A stretch of 64,000 nt of DNA from Methanobacteriota archaeon. GTDB taxonomy: Archaea; Thermoplasmatota; Poseidoniia; Poseidoniales; Thalassarchaeaceae. Shown here in pieces: positions 18,506 through 27,564 of the stretch. The notes under the pieces were generated by a model. The model was not told where the DNA came from. It saw only the letters and a program-made list of their open reading frames with translations, and made no database searches. Within the stretch, counting starts at the first letter, position 1, and each line of letters starts with the position of its first letter. The stretch covers positions 4,746 through 68,745 of the forward strand of contig PBMR01000019.1 of NCBI GenBank assembly GCA_002722735.1, written 5' to 3'. Position numbers and translations under genes: made by a program.

Positions 18506-18787
18506 ATGGTGAAGATGCCTAGAAAGGTCATGCGTTACAGCCCAGCCGCTGGCAAGCATACCGAGCACACTGTTGAGCGCGTCAAGAAGAGGCGCGCCAG
18601 CGAACTCAAGTGGGGTCAGAGGAGGTTTCGCCGCGTTACCTCGGGATACCGCGGATTTCCCAGGCCTAAGCCAACAGGCGAGAAGCCGACCAAGCGAGTC
18701 AACCTAGTATACCGATGCACCGAAACGGGAAAGGCCCATTCGCCCAAGGGGAAGCGGGCTAGAAAGTTTGAACTCGTCGACAAGTGA
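18506..18787 (+). CDS. rpl44e: 50S ribosomal protein L44e (eL42), zinc-ligand-depleted variant
   Basis: KHTEHTVERVKK, ELKWGQRRFRR..SGY.GFPRP, KPTKRVNL.YRC; first gene of the L44e-S27e-aIF2a-Nop10-PAC2 cluster. Confidence 0.96.
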   Translation: MVKMPRKVMRYSPAAGKHTEHTVERVKKRRASELKWGQRRFRRVTSGYRGFPRPKPTGEKPTKRVNLVYRCTETGKAHSPKGKRARKFELVDK

Positions 18788-18797
18788 CCGGAGTGGG

Positions 18798-18971
18798 ATG
18801 ATGAGTGGCCGTTTCCTGAAAGTCAGTTGCCGTGACTGCGGTAACGAGTGCACGATCTTCGATAGGGCCTCCACGACTGTCCCATGCCCCATCTGCGGCT
18901 CGACGCTGGCCGAGCCATCCAGTGGCATGGCGAACCTCACTGGCTGTACCGTCATAGAGGTCCTGAACTGA
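18798..18971 (+). CDS. rps27e: 30S ribosomal protein S27e
   Basis: FLKVSCRDCGNE.TIF.RAST.V.CPICG.TLAEP. Confidence 0.96.
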   Translation: MMSGRFLKVSCRDCGNECTIFDRASTTVPCPICGSTLAEPSSGMANLTGCTVIEVLN

Positions 18972-18984
18972 GCGAGGCAGCATC

Positions 18985-19773
18985 TTGGCAGCGGTAGCGA
19001 ACGACTGGCCTAGTGAAGGCGAGTTGCTCGTCTGCACGATTAAGAACGTTCGTGAGAACGGGGCCTACCTGAGCCTAGACACATATCCCGGAAAGGAGGG
19101 CTTCGTCTTCATTGGGGAGATAGCCACTGGATGGGTGAGGAACATCCGGACCCATGTCAGAGAGGGCCAGAGGGTTGTGGCCAAGGTCATCGGGGTCAAG
19201 GTCGAGCGTCAGAGCATCAGCCTGTCGATAAAGTCAGTTTCCGAAGAGCGGCGCAGATCCACGCTCCAGTCCTGGAAGAATGAGCAGAGGGCCTCTCAGA
19301 TAATGCGGGTCGCTGCAGAAAGAGTGGGTTGGGACGACGAGAAGACGGAGGCGATTTCCGACGAGATGAGAGAGGCCTTCGGATCCCTATATGGGGCACT
19401 CGAGGAATGCGCAATCAATGAGGGCGCACTCGCGGAATCTGGCTTCCAGGGCTCCTGGATGGGCGTGGTCACCGAATTGGCCATAGAGAACATAATCCCC
19501 CCGTTCGTCGAAATCAGAGGCAAGTTCGACATTGAGGTATGGGGCCCAGAGGGAGTGGGGGCAATCAAAGATGCCCTCCATTCTGCCGAAGCGTGCGCTG
19601 AAGGTGTGGAGGACGTGGTCCTGCCCTGCCACTACGACGGAGCGCCACACTACAGGATTGATATCCGCGCCCCTGACTACCCAACGGCCGAGTCGGTTTG
19701 GGAAGCAGCCCAGAAGGCTGCTACACAGAGCATCGGATCTGTCGAGGGCTCGATAGCCATAGAACGCCTTTGA
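18985..19773 (+). CDS. eif2a: Translation initiation factor 2 alpha subunit
   Basis: WPSEGELLV, S1 domain, GEIATGWVRNIR, WKNEQRA, GAPHYRI.I.APDY; synteny. Confidence 0.95.
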   Translation: MAAVANDWPSEGELLVCTIKNVRENGAYLSLDTYPGKEGFVFIGEIATGWVRNIRTHVREGQRVVAKVIGVKVERQSISLSIKSVSEERRRSTLQSWKNEQRASQIMRVAAERVGWDDEKTEAISDEMREAFGSLYGALEECAINEGALAESGFQGSWMGVVTELAIENIIPPFVEIRGKFDIEVWGPEGVGAIKDALHSAEACAEGVEDVVLPCHYDGAPHYRIDIRAPDYPTAESVWEAAQKAATQSIGSVEGSIAIERL

Positions 19774-19836
19774 GTGCACCTGACTGGGGACGATACTTCA
19801 TGAACCCCATCGAAGGGCTCGCCCATCAGACTAATC

Positions 19837-20049
19837 ATGGCGAGGACGAAACTCCAACGCTGCAAGGAGTGTAGGGCGTTCGGCTTGGGTACGAAGTGCG
19901 CCGAATGCGGGGGCACGATGGTCGCTGTAGCCCCGCTGAAGTTCTCGCCTGAGGATCCACAGGGAGCCAGGCGCAGGCAGAGGGTGGATGCTGGAAGCGA
20001 CGAGTGGGTCGAGTCACTTCCAACGACGAGGAAGGAGGAGAGCGAATGA
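19837..20049 (+). CDS. nop10: H/ACA RNP protein Nop10
   Basis: CxxC...CxxCGG, PLKFSPED..G..RR; position after aIF2-alpha. Confidence 0.9.
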   Translation: MARTKLQRCKECRAFGLGTKCAECGGTMVAVAPLKFSPEDPQGARRRQRVDAGSDEWVESLPTTRKEESE

Positions 20050-20810
20050 ACAGGTCGCAGTTGCATTGGCTGGAGGGGCAGGGCCTCCCCAAGCACTGCA
20101 CCATCATCGAGGCTGTGCCGGGAGTGGGGAACGTCGGGAAGCTGGTCATCGATGGCCTCCTGAGCAAGCATCCATCCAGAACCCTGGGGTGGCTCCTGCA
20201 TCCTGACTTCCCCCCACATGCAACCCTAGATGATGAGGGGCTAATCAGGCCGCCACGCCTCGAGTTGAGTTCGATACTCCTTCCAGACGGAAGCACGGTG
20301 ATTGCCATCAGCGGAATGATGCAGCCAATGACCGCAGCTGGCCAATTCGAGGTCTCAGAGACGATGCTTCAGTTGGCCGCGGACTCCGAGTCCACGCAGT
20401 TACTGATACTGGCGGGACTGGCATCTGGGCTGGAGGATCGCTCCATCCACGTGATCTGCTCTGATGCGAAGGTTCGCGGCAATCTCGAGTCAAATGACAT
20501 CACGGTCAGCAGGGACCAGCCAGAAGGGGGAATGATAGGCATCGCAGGAATGATTCTCTCGCTTGCTCCGACTCAAGGTGTTCATGCGGTCGGTATCGTC
20601 TCTGACACCGTCGGCACCAGTGCCGACGTACTCGCAGCCGACAGGCTCGCTAAGTGGATTGAGGAGGCTTTCGACATACCCCTGGACTTGGACCTCGATA
20701 CCACCGAGCAAACGGCGTTGCGCCTCTTGGAGACCATAGATCCGTCAGGGGCCATAGAGGATTACCTTGGAGGAGATGAGCCAGAGGTCTCGGCCGACTT
20801 CTACGTCTGA
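20046..20810 (+). CDS. Proteasome assembly chaperone (PAC2 family)
   Basis: IEAVPGVGNVGKL, DFPP, QP, G.IAG motifs; ATGA overlap with nop10; conserved archaeal synteny. Confidence 0.9.
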   Translation: MNRSQLHWLEGQGLPKHCTIIEAVPGVGNVGKLVIDGLLSKHPSRTLGWLLHPDFPPHATLDDEGLIRPPRLELSSILLPDGSTVIAISGMMQPMTAAGQFEVSETMLQLAADSESTQLLILAGLASGLEDRSIHVICSDAKVRGNLESNDITVSRDQPEGGMIGIAGMILSLAPTQGVHAVGIVSDTVGTSADVLAADRLAKWIEEAFDIPLDLDLDTTEQTALRLLETIDPSGAIEDYLGGDEPEVSADFYV

Positions 20811-20870
20811 TTGTCAATAATAACAGGTGTTAGAGACTTTTATTTGCGTAAAGGCCTCTGCGTCGAGTAC

Positions 20871-21134
20871 ATGGCATCGACTGGTGAGGATGCTTTCTCG
20901 GTGCGCGTCAACGGTAGGTTGGCTGAGGAGATCGGTGTTTCGCGCCTGAGCGTCACCGTGCAGACCCCCGCCACCATCCATGACGTGATGGATGCGCTCG
21001 GTTCGAAGTACCCCGAGTCCATCGGGACTCTTGGCGAAGCGATAGCATTCGTCTCGGGACGTCACAGAGATGCCAATGAAGAATTGCAATCGGGGCAGGA
21101 GGTAACACTTCTGATGCCTGCAGCAGGCGGATAA
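20871..21134 (+). CDS. MoaD/ThiS/SAMP ubiquitin-like beta-grasp protein
   Basis: 87 aa; C-terminal L..G.EV.LLMPAAGG with free di-glycine. Confidence 0.88.
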   Translation: MASTGEDAFSVRVNGRLAEEIGVSRLSVTVQTPATIHDVMDALGSKYPESIGTLGEAIAFVSGRHRDANEELQSGQEVTLLMPAAGG

Positions 21135-21154
21135 TGAGAATAGGAGAGAGGAAA

Positions 21155-22456
21155 ATGACAGGAGAAGTACAAGGATGCGAGACAGTATATGTGAACGAAT
21201 TCACAGATGGAGTGCTGGATCCCGAGAAGCCGATGTTGGGGCCGGTCCGGGACGGCGGGCACATCATCGCGAACACGGCCCCAGGATGCTGGGGGCCGAT
21301 GATTACCCCCGAACTGCGTGGCGGCCACGAGGTGACGATTCCCGTCGCTGTGGAGGGGGCCGAGGTCGGCGATGCGATTGCGATTAGAATCAAGGACATC
21401 TCCGTGACCTCGGTGGCTACGTCGTCGGGCAACGACTACTGGGTGGACGGCCTCTACATGGGCGACCCATACGTGGCCAAGTACGACCCCGACAACGACG
21501 AGTTGAATCCGGCGTCGTATGTAGAGGGGATCGGCGAGGATGCAGTACGATTCAAGTCGACAGGAAAGCCGGCTAGCCCGTTCAAGTTCACGAACGGCTA
21601 CACCATCGCGTTCGATAACAACCGCAGCCTAGGCGTCACCCTCGACAAGGGAGCCGCAGAGAAGATCGCACACGATGCGAAGTTCTACGCTGCGATGCCC
21701 CAGAATGCAATCCAGCACTCGATCCTCACCTTCGCACCTCACCATCTGGTTGGTCTCGTTGCTAGGCTTAGGCCGTTCATGGGACAGTTAGGAACCTGCC
21801 CCGCGATAGCGATGCCAGACTCACACAACGCAGGGGACTTCGGCACGTTCCTGGTTGGAGCCCCACACCCACAGGCGATAACCGCTGAGGATTTGCAGCA
21901 TCGCACAGACGGCCACATGGATATCGATGCTGTGCGTGCCGGTGCCATCCTGATCTGCCCTGTTAAGGTAGATGGGGGGGGCATCTACATGGGCGACATG
22001 CACGCTATGCAAGGAGACGGGGAGATTGCTGGGCACACGGCCGATGTTTCGGGCACAGTAACTCTGCAGGTTCACGTCCTCAAAGGGCTGGGCATTGACG
22101 GTCCCATCATCTTCCCGGTCGAAGAGGACCTTCCCTTCCTCGCCAAGCCAATCTCCGACGAAGAGATGGCTCTGGCTGAGAGCGTCGCGGAAAATTGGGG
22201 GATGAAAGGGGTCGAGGACGCGGTGCCGATCTCAATAGTGGGATCGGGTCCCGACTTGAACTCCGCGACCGAGAATGGTCTTGAGAGGGCTGCCGAGCTT
22301 CTGGATACCACAGTTCCAGAGATCAGGAACAGAGCCACCATCACGGGTTCGATCGAAATCGGAAGGCATCCGGGAGTGGTGCAGGTGACTTTCCTCGCTC
22401 CGGCTGACAAAATCGAGGAGTTGGGATTGCTAGGCTTAGCTAATGACCAGTATTAG
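21155..22456 (+). CDS. Acetamidase/formamidase family amidohydrolase
   Basis: GHEVTIPVAVEGAEVGDAI, LRPFMGQLG, DGHMD, GDMHAMQGDGE; AGGAG Shine-Dalgarno; alternative start 21134 overlaps the upstream stop (TAATG). Confidence 0.88.
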   Translation: MTGEVQGCETVYVNEFTDGVLDPEKPMLGPVRDGGHIIANTAPGCWGPMITPELRGGHEVTIPVAVEGAEVGDAIAIRIKDISVTSVATSSGNDYWVDGLYMGDPYVAKYDPDNDELNPASYVEGIGEDAVRFKSTGKPASPFKFTNGYTIAFDNNRSLGVTLDKGAAEKIAHDAKFYAAMPQNAIQHSILTFAPHHLVGLVARLRPFMGQLGTCPAIAMPDSHNAGDFGTFLVGAPHPQAITAEDLQHRTDGHMDIDAVRAGAILICPVKVDGGGIYMGDMHAMQGDGEIAGHTADVSGTVTLQVHVLKGLGIDGPIIFPVEEDLPFLAKPISDEEMALAESVAENWGMKGVEDAVPISIVGSGPDLNSATENGLERAAELLDTTVPEIRNRATITGSIEIGRHPGVVQVTFLAPADKIEELGLLGLANDQY

Positions 22457-24231
22457 GCGACTAGGACTTCCCCAGCGAATTCCGGAATCGGCATTCCCGA
22501 TTCGCTGAAGGCCTCTTGTACGGTTTCGAAGGGTCTGCCGGAGTTCCTCGCTGCCTTCGCCCTAGCGCTCACGATTCTCCAAGAGGACTTGCTGCCGATT
22601 CCGGGTATTGCCTCCAGTTGCTGCTGGGTGGCATTGTTGACGTCCAGTCCGATCTCGACACCGGTGATGCTGCGCATCCCGTGGTCGGTCACCAGGATGT
22701 CAGATTTGGTCTCAAGCGGGATTCTGTAAGGCACGCCGACGAGAATCGGATAGGCCCCGATCTGCCGCCCGAATGTGACTCCCGAGCTGCCGTGTATTCT
22801 CGGGTCCCTGTGTTCGGGGTCTGTGACCTGCTCCGGCCTCCTTATTCGGTCGTTGTGAGCCTCCCACCAGATCCCACGCAGGATGGTCCCTGTAGGGAGC
22901 ATGTCCTCGAGGAGCGGTCGGTCGATGGTTTTCCTAACCTGCCTCTTGAAGTCCCTGAAAGCCCGTTCGGGGACTTCCTGGAACCCCTCTCCCTCGATCT
23001 GCCTGATGTTAATCCGCCGCAGCCAGAGCCCCTCGTCCCTGAGGCTTCTGAGAAGGGTCATGTTCATCGAGTATGTCGAGTCGGTCTCGCCATTGAGACC
23101 GGCGATGAAGTTGAGGCCCGGGAGGAGCCTTGGCAGCCCCCTCTCGCCCTTGCCCCTGCCATGCTCGTTGATGAGGCGGACGGCCGTTCGAAGTTGGTCG
23201 GGGTCGCAGTTGAGCCAGTTCTTCTCGTGCACAGCGGGGTCTGCGGACTCGAGGCCGAATGAGAGCACCGCGCCGTCTGAGAGAGTCTCCACCAGGGTCT
23301 TGGTGATGGTTGTGGCAGGCTCGAGGTTCTCTGCGATGATAGAGGGGTTGGCATTGTCGACGTGAAGGACCTCGAGGCGCTCGTCCTCGCGCAGCCCGTG
23401 CAGCACCCTAGCGATAGGTTCGGGGTCTGGTACTGGGTACTCTAGGTCTCCGATCCCGCCGGCCCTGTAGGTGTAGATGTCAGTGGCCCCCCCTATGCGA
23501 ACGTTGCGAACGCCCGAATCCAATGCGGATCCAACCTCGGCGATGACGTCCTGCTCGGGTCTCCATTGGGGGATTCCCTTCTTTGGCTCGATGCAGAACC
23601 TGCATCCGCGCTCGAAGCGCACGCATCCCTGGTAGAGTTCGACCTCGTAGGTGAGGGGGCCGGGGGAGCCGTCCGGAGATGCGAGATCTGGGTGAGCGGT
23701 GACTGCCTTGGAACTGGCTCCTGCCAGTGCCCACGAGCCCCATTGCTCTGCAGTGCGCCTCATGTTCTTCCAATTGCCGGTCGCAACAAAGTGGTCGAGG
23801 GCAGCATCGGTATCCTGCACCGTGCAGAACAGGTTCTGCCTGAGCGGCGTCCAACCCATGTACCTCCAGTGCCGAATCGCCCATCCACCGCACAGCACTG
23901 GGCGGTTCTGGGGCAGGGCGGACAGCACCTCGTCGAGCTCCCGCCTGCTGATCGGGGTTCCTCGGACGTACTTCCCCGGTACGATCGCTCCAGCAAGTAC
24001 GACCGCCCCCCGTATGTCCGCAAACTCACTTCCGAGTTCCCCTCGTACTAGGTGGTTGGGGGACTTGCCCTTGTGATGGAGCCTCCACTGGTCGATTGTC
24101 ATGTACGAGTATGGCTCCCCCCTTGCTTCGAGGACTCCGCAGATGTAGCGGATGTGGAAGCCTAGGTAATTAGGCACCCCGAAGGCAGCGGGCTCGTCCT
24201 CGTAGCCGTCGATTACAAGCCATCCGCCCAT
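22453..24231 (-). CDS. Radical SAM protein with C-terminal helix-hairpin-helix (COG1031-like)
   Basis: IDGYEDEPAAFGVPNY, VPGKY, GCVRFERGCRFCIEP, HVDNANP, FGLESADP, RRINIRQ, GRQIGAYP, VNNATQQQLEAIPGIG. Confidence 0.88.
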   Translation of the reverse strand: MGGWLVIDGYEDEPAAFGVPNYLGFHIRYICGVLEARGEPYSYMTIDQWRLHHKGKSPNHLVRGELGSEFADIRGAVVLAGAIVPGKYVRGTPISRRELDEVLSALPQNRPVLCGGWAIRHWRYMGWTPLRQNLFCTVQDTDAALDHFVATGNWKNMRRTAEQWGSWALAGASSKAVTAHPDLASPDGSPGPLTYEVELYQGCVRFERGCRFCIEPKKGIPQWRPEQDVIAEVGSALDSGVRNVRIGGATDIYTYRAGGIGDLEYPVPDPEPIARVLHGLREDERLEVLHVDNANPSIIAENLEPATTITKTLVETLSDGAVLSFGLESADPAVHEKNWLNCDPDQLRTAVRLINEHGRGKGERGLPRLLPGLNFIAGLNGETDSTYSMNMTLLRSLRDEGLWLRRINIRQIEGEGFQEVPERAFRDFKRQVRKTIDRPLLEDMLPTGTILRGIWWEAHNDRIRRPEQVTDPEHRDPRIHGSSGVTFGRQIGAYPILVGVPYRIPLETKSDILVTDHGMRSITGVEIGLDVNNATQQQLEAIPGIGSKSSWRIVSARAKAARNSGRPFETVQEAFSESGMPIPEFAGEVLVA

Positions 24232-24277
24232 GTTTTCCCACACGCCGCATGACGGCGTGGACTTCACGGCTTCGCTC

Positions 24278-25546
24278 TCAGCGGCGCTGTCTGCGTCTGC
24301 CGCCGCCCCTGCTGCCGCCGGATGTCGACTCCTCTACCGTGATCCTCCGACCCTTGAACTCGGTGCCCTTGAGCGCCTTGATGGCGGCTTCACCGGACTT
24401 CTTGCTTGCGAAGGTTACGAAGGCGAAGCCCCGGGGCCTGTCAGTCTCCCGGTCCATGGCCATGTGGACCTCCTTCAGCTCGCCGTGAGGTGAGAACAGC
24501 TCCCTAAGATCGTCTTCAGTGGCTTCGTACGAGACCCCCCCTACGAACAGCTTGGTCCCCATGGTCTCCCCGGCCTTGGACCTAGCCTCCCTCATCACCT
24601 CGCGCTCACGTGCGAGGTCTTCCTTGCTGGCCTTCCCAGCCTCCACCTTGTCCATGCAATCCCTGCATCGCAGTGGCTTTCCCGGAGTAGGCTTGAATGG
24701 GACCTTGGTTGCCGTCCCGCAGAGGGTGCAGTCCGCAGCGTGCATCTCCCTCCGAGGTCGGCCTCCGCGACCGTCTCGCCCTCGTGACGAGGGGGTTCTG
24801 CGTGCGGAAGCGGGAATCTCGTGCGACAGTCCGCGCCTGTGGTCTGCGAGGGGGGAGAGGTAGGGCCTGGCCCCATCGTGCCCCAGAGTCGATTCGGCCT
24901 CCTCGGTCCAGCGCTGGCCGGGGCGGTTGAGCGGTTGGAGATCAGAGCCATCGGGAATTTCGAAGCCGTGACCGAAGCCGTTGGAAAGGGCCCTGAATCC
25001 CCTGTAGTCGCACCGGGGGCATGTGACGTTGAAGTCCGGAGTGGCATCACTCGACGCGAGTTCCACACCGCAGGTCGGGCAGGCTGCGTACAGCACCCCT
25101 AGGTCGGGATCGCCCTTTGTCGAGGCCTTCAGCATGGGCTCCGTCTTGATGACCTTGGCGCGAACGATGTCCCGCTTCCTCATGGCGTCCCCGGCAGATG
25201 GGATGAAGCGGTCAACGAGCTCGGAGACGAAGATGTCGGCAAATAGCCTCTGTGCGGGGACGTCCCTGTGGCCACCTGGCCTGCCCTCGATGTGAAGCAC
25301 CCTGAGCTCGGCGGTTTTCTCGTTGAGTCGGTTGACCTCACCAATCAGCACGTCCCCCATCTCGGGGATGTTGAGCGGGGGTCTTGACGGGTCCACGGAG
25401 AGCACCCCCCCGCTTCTGACCAGGGTGCCAGCGACCACGGCGACCGCCTCGCCGGCAGCGGTGTGGACGCCCTCGCCGGGCTGCCCATCTCCTGGAATCG
25501 CCACGGGGGTTCCGGGCGTCACGAAGTCTCCCTCAGAGGCATTCAT
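24278..25546 (-). CDS. csl4: Exosome subunit Csl4 fused to a CxxC-x17-CxxC zinc ribbon, an RRM and an RG-rich tail
   Basis: FVTPG...PGEG N-domain, S1 (PEMGDVLIGEV...DIVRAKV), LGVLYAACPTC..CPRC...RALS; CTLC-x17-CRDC; KLFVGGV (RNP2) and RGFAFVTF (RNP1); start moved to 25546. Confidence 0.88.
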   Translation of the reverse strand: MNASEGDFVTPGTPVAIPGDGQPGEGVHTAAGEAVAVVAGTLVRSGGVLSVDPSRPPLNIPEMGDVLIGEVNRLNEKTAELRVLHIEGRPGGHRDVPAQRLFADIFVSELVDRFIPSAGDAMRKRDIVRAKVIKTEPMLKASTKGDPDLGVLYAACPTCGVELASSDATPDFNVTCPRCDYRGFRALSNGFGHGFEIPDGSDLQPLNRPGQRWTEEAESTLGHDGARPYLSPLADHRRGLSHEIPASARRTPSSRGRDGRGGRPRREMHAADCTLCGTATKVPFKPTPGKPLRCRDCMDKVEAGKASKEDLAREREVMREARSKAGETMGTKLFVGGVSYEATEDDLRELFSPHGELKEVHMAMDRETDRPRGFAFVTFASKKSGEAAIKALKGTEFKGRRITVEESTSGGSRGGGRRRQRR

Positions 25547-25602
25547 CGGCCCGCCGACCGGAAGACCCCATATCAACGGTCCGGCAGCCTCAGACACGAA
25601 TA

Positions 25603-26217
25603 TCAGGGAGGCGAGAGGCGCCAGAATGCCGCGCGTGTTCGACCCCTCTCTCGGGCATGGTGCTCGTAAGCCACTGGCAGAGCAAAGTCTGCCTCTCCGT
25701 AACGCTCGACGCCCCAACCAGCAGCCTCGAATATCGACTGGATGTGCCGTGCCCCCGCATTGTGCATCATGTGCGCCGTAACTCCCGCTGAGAGGATTGC
25801 CTCGAGGAATGGCCTGTCGGCCCTTTCGATCTGCCTGCCCCATGGAGGGTTGCTGATTACCACGTCAATAGAGTCGAGGTCAATGGGGTCCAAGCCGACT
25901 GTGGCCCTGATGACTTCCACCGAGTCCGCCACGCACATCGACTCTGCATTCGACATCGCTACATCGCAGGCCGTTTGGTCGGTCTCAACTAGTATTGCAC
26001 ATTCAGCGCCCATCGCCATGGCGCCCAGTCCAAGTACGCCATTGCCTGCACCAAGGTCAGCGACCTTGCAACCCTCGGAGAGGTCGCTGAACGCGGAGAT
26101 GTCAGCAAGCCAGCGGGCGGCGAGCTCGCCATCTGTGGTGTACTGCTCAAGTTCGACTGAGTTGGAGGGATGCGGCTCAAGTCCGGACAGAAGCATGGCC
26201 AGCCTTCGGACCCTCAT
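25603..26217 (-). CDS. METTL5-like N6-adenine RNA methyltransferase (COG2263)
   Basis: LEQYTT, VADLGAGNGVLG, SNPPWG, ADRPFL, F.LP..Y.HH. Confidence 0.88.
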   Translation of the reverse strand: MRVRRLAMLLSGLEPHPSNSVELEQYTTDGELAARWLADISAFSDLSEGCKVADLGAGNGVLGLGAMAMGAECAILVETDQTACDVAMSNAESMCVADSVEVIRATVGLDPIDLDSIDVVISNPPWGRQIERADRPFLEAILSAGVTAHMMHNAGARHIQSIFEAAGWGVERYGEADFALPVAYEHHARERGRTRAAFWRLSPP

Positions 26218-26318
26218 GGCTATGGGATTCCGAACATCTAAGAAAATATATTCCATAATTTCAATCTCCCATTATCAATCCTGTAGGGTTCAAGTACCCT
26301 GAATTATGGTTCGTTGAC

Positions 26319-27539
26319 GTGGCAGAACTGTCAGAGCCTATACTCATCACTATTACCGTGCTGGTCACTGCTGGCATTGTGTGGAAAATTATGTCCGAGC
26401 GGGCAGCTAGAATGGTGGAAGAGGCTATGTCGGAGAGTAAGGTCGAAGTCGCAACTACTGAAGCTCGTTTGGGTGCTCTAACAGATGAGAAGGACACAAT
26501 GCAAAAGCAGATGCAAAATGCGTTCGAGGTGGCTGCTGCCAAGGCTTTCAAGACAGCTGTGGATAATGCAGATCAGGAGAAGGAATCATCATTTTCTGTA
26601 GCAACTAAACAATTATCCGAAAGCATGAATGATTACATCAAGGCTATTCAGGATGCTGAAAAAGCGGATATCAAGCGAGCCGCTGACCTCAGTAACGAAG
26701 TCACTAATGTAAACAAACTAGGATTAACTCTCGCTGAAGAGACTCGTGAGTTGTCTCTGGCATTAAGAGGCGATCCTCAGGCTCAGGGTGCGTGGGGCGA
26801 GGTGGTGGTCGAGAGTCTTCTTCAGAGCATGGGCTTCGTTGAAGGTAGGGATTACACCAAGCAATTTTCCGAGACAGGCGCGGATAGAAAGCGCAAGCAA
26901 CCCGACTTCGTCCTAAATCTCCCCGATAATCGACAAGTTGTCATTGATTCCAAGGTCTCGATAACCGCCTACACAGAATATGTTAGCACTGGAGATGAAG
27001 GAGAAGCAATTATTGCAATGAAGAATCACTGCGATTCGATTAGGAACCATGCCAAGAAACTAGCCTCCAAAAACTATGAGCATATGGAGAGCATTCACAC
27101 CCTCGACTTCGTCCTAATGCTCGTCCCATTGGAAAGCGCATTCATCGATGCAATGAGATCCGATGCTAGCCTATACGAGGATTTGGTCGGAGATCGCCGG
27201 GTCAAGGTAGTCAGCGGTTCTACAATCATGCTCGCCCTACTACTCATCAAAGAACTGTGGAATCGCGAGAACCAGTCGCGCAATCAGATTGAACTGATGG
27301 AAAGAGGGGGGCTTCTCCACGATAAGGTCGTCACATTTCTTGAGTCGTTCACGACTGTAGGTTTCGAACTCGGGCAGGCGAAAGCGGCGTACGACGAAGC
27401 AGAGGATCAGTTAACCAGCGGAACCGGGAATGTCATCAGGCAAACAGAGTTGCTGAGAATACTCGGGGCCAAGGTGAAAAAGGACCTTCGAAGCAAGAGT
27501 GGTGTCAGGAGACTAGCCGAGGAAGCAGAAGAGGAGTGA
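26319..27539 (+). CDS. rmuC: RmuC family PD-(D/E)xK nuclease-like protein with N-terminal TM and coiled coil
   Basis: ALRGD.QAQGAWGE, QPDFVLNLPD...IDSK, HAKKLASKNY, DFVLMLVP.E, GTGNVIRQ.E.LR.LG. Confidence 0.9.
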   Translation: MAELSEPILITITVLVTAGIVWKIMSERAARMVEEAMSESKVEVATTEARLGALTDEKDTMQKQMQNAFEVAAAKAFKTAVDNADQEKESSFSVATKQLSESMNDYIKAIQDAEKADIKRAADLSNEVTNVNKLGLTLAEETRELSLALRGDPQAQGAWGEVVVESLLQSMGFVEGRDYTKQFSETGADRKRKQPDFVLNLPDNRQVVIDSKVSITAYTEYVSTGDEGEAIIAMKNHCDSIRNHAKKLASKNYEHMESIHTLDFVLMLVPLESAFIDAMRSDASLYEDLVGDRRVKVVSGSTIMLALLLIKELWNRENQSRNQIELMERGGLLHDKVVTFLESFTTVGFELGQAKAAYDEAEDQLTSGTGNVIRQTELLRILGAKVKKDLRSKSGVRRLAEEAEEE

Positions 27540-27564
27540 TTTAGTCCCCCTTCTTCGCCAATCC

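Noticed and set aside
25547..25843. N-terminal 99 aa of the 521-aa Csl4 track ORF, suggesting a frameshift fusion with the methylase
   Set aside because: It is a shadow frame of the METTL5-like gene, which has its own stop; Csl4 has its own ATG and TATA-like element.
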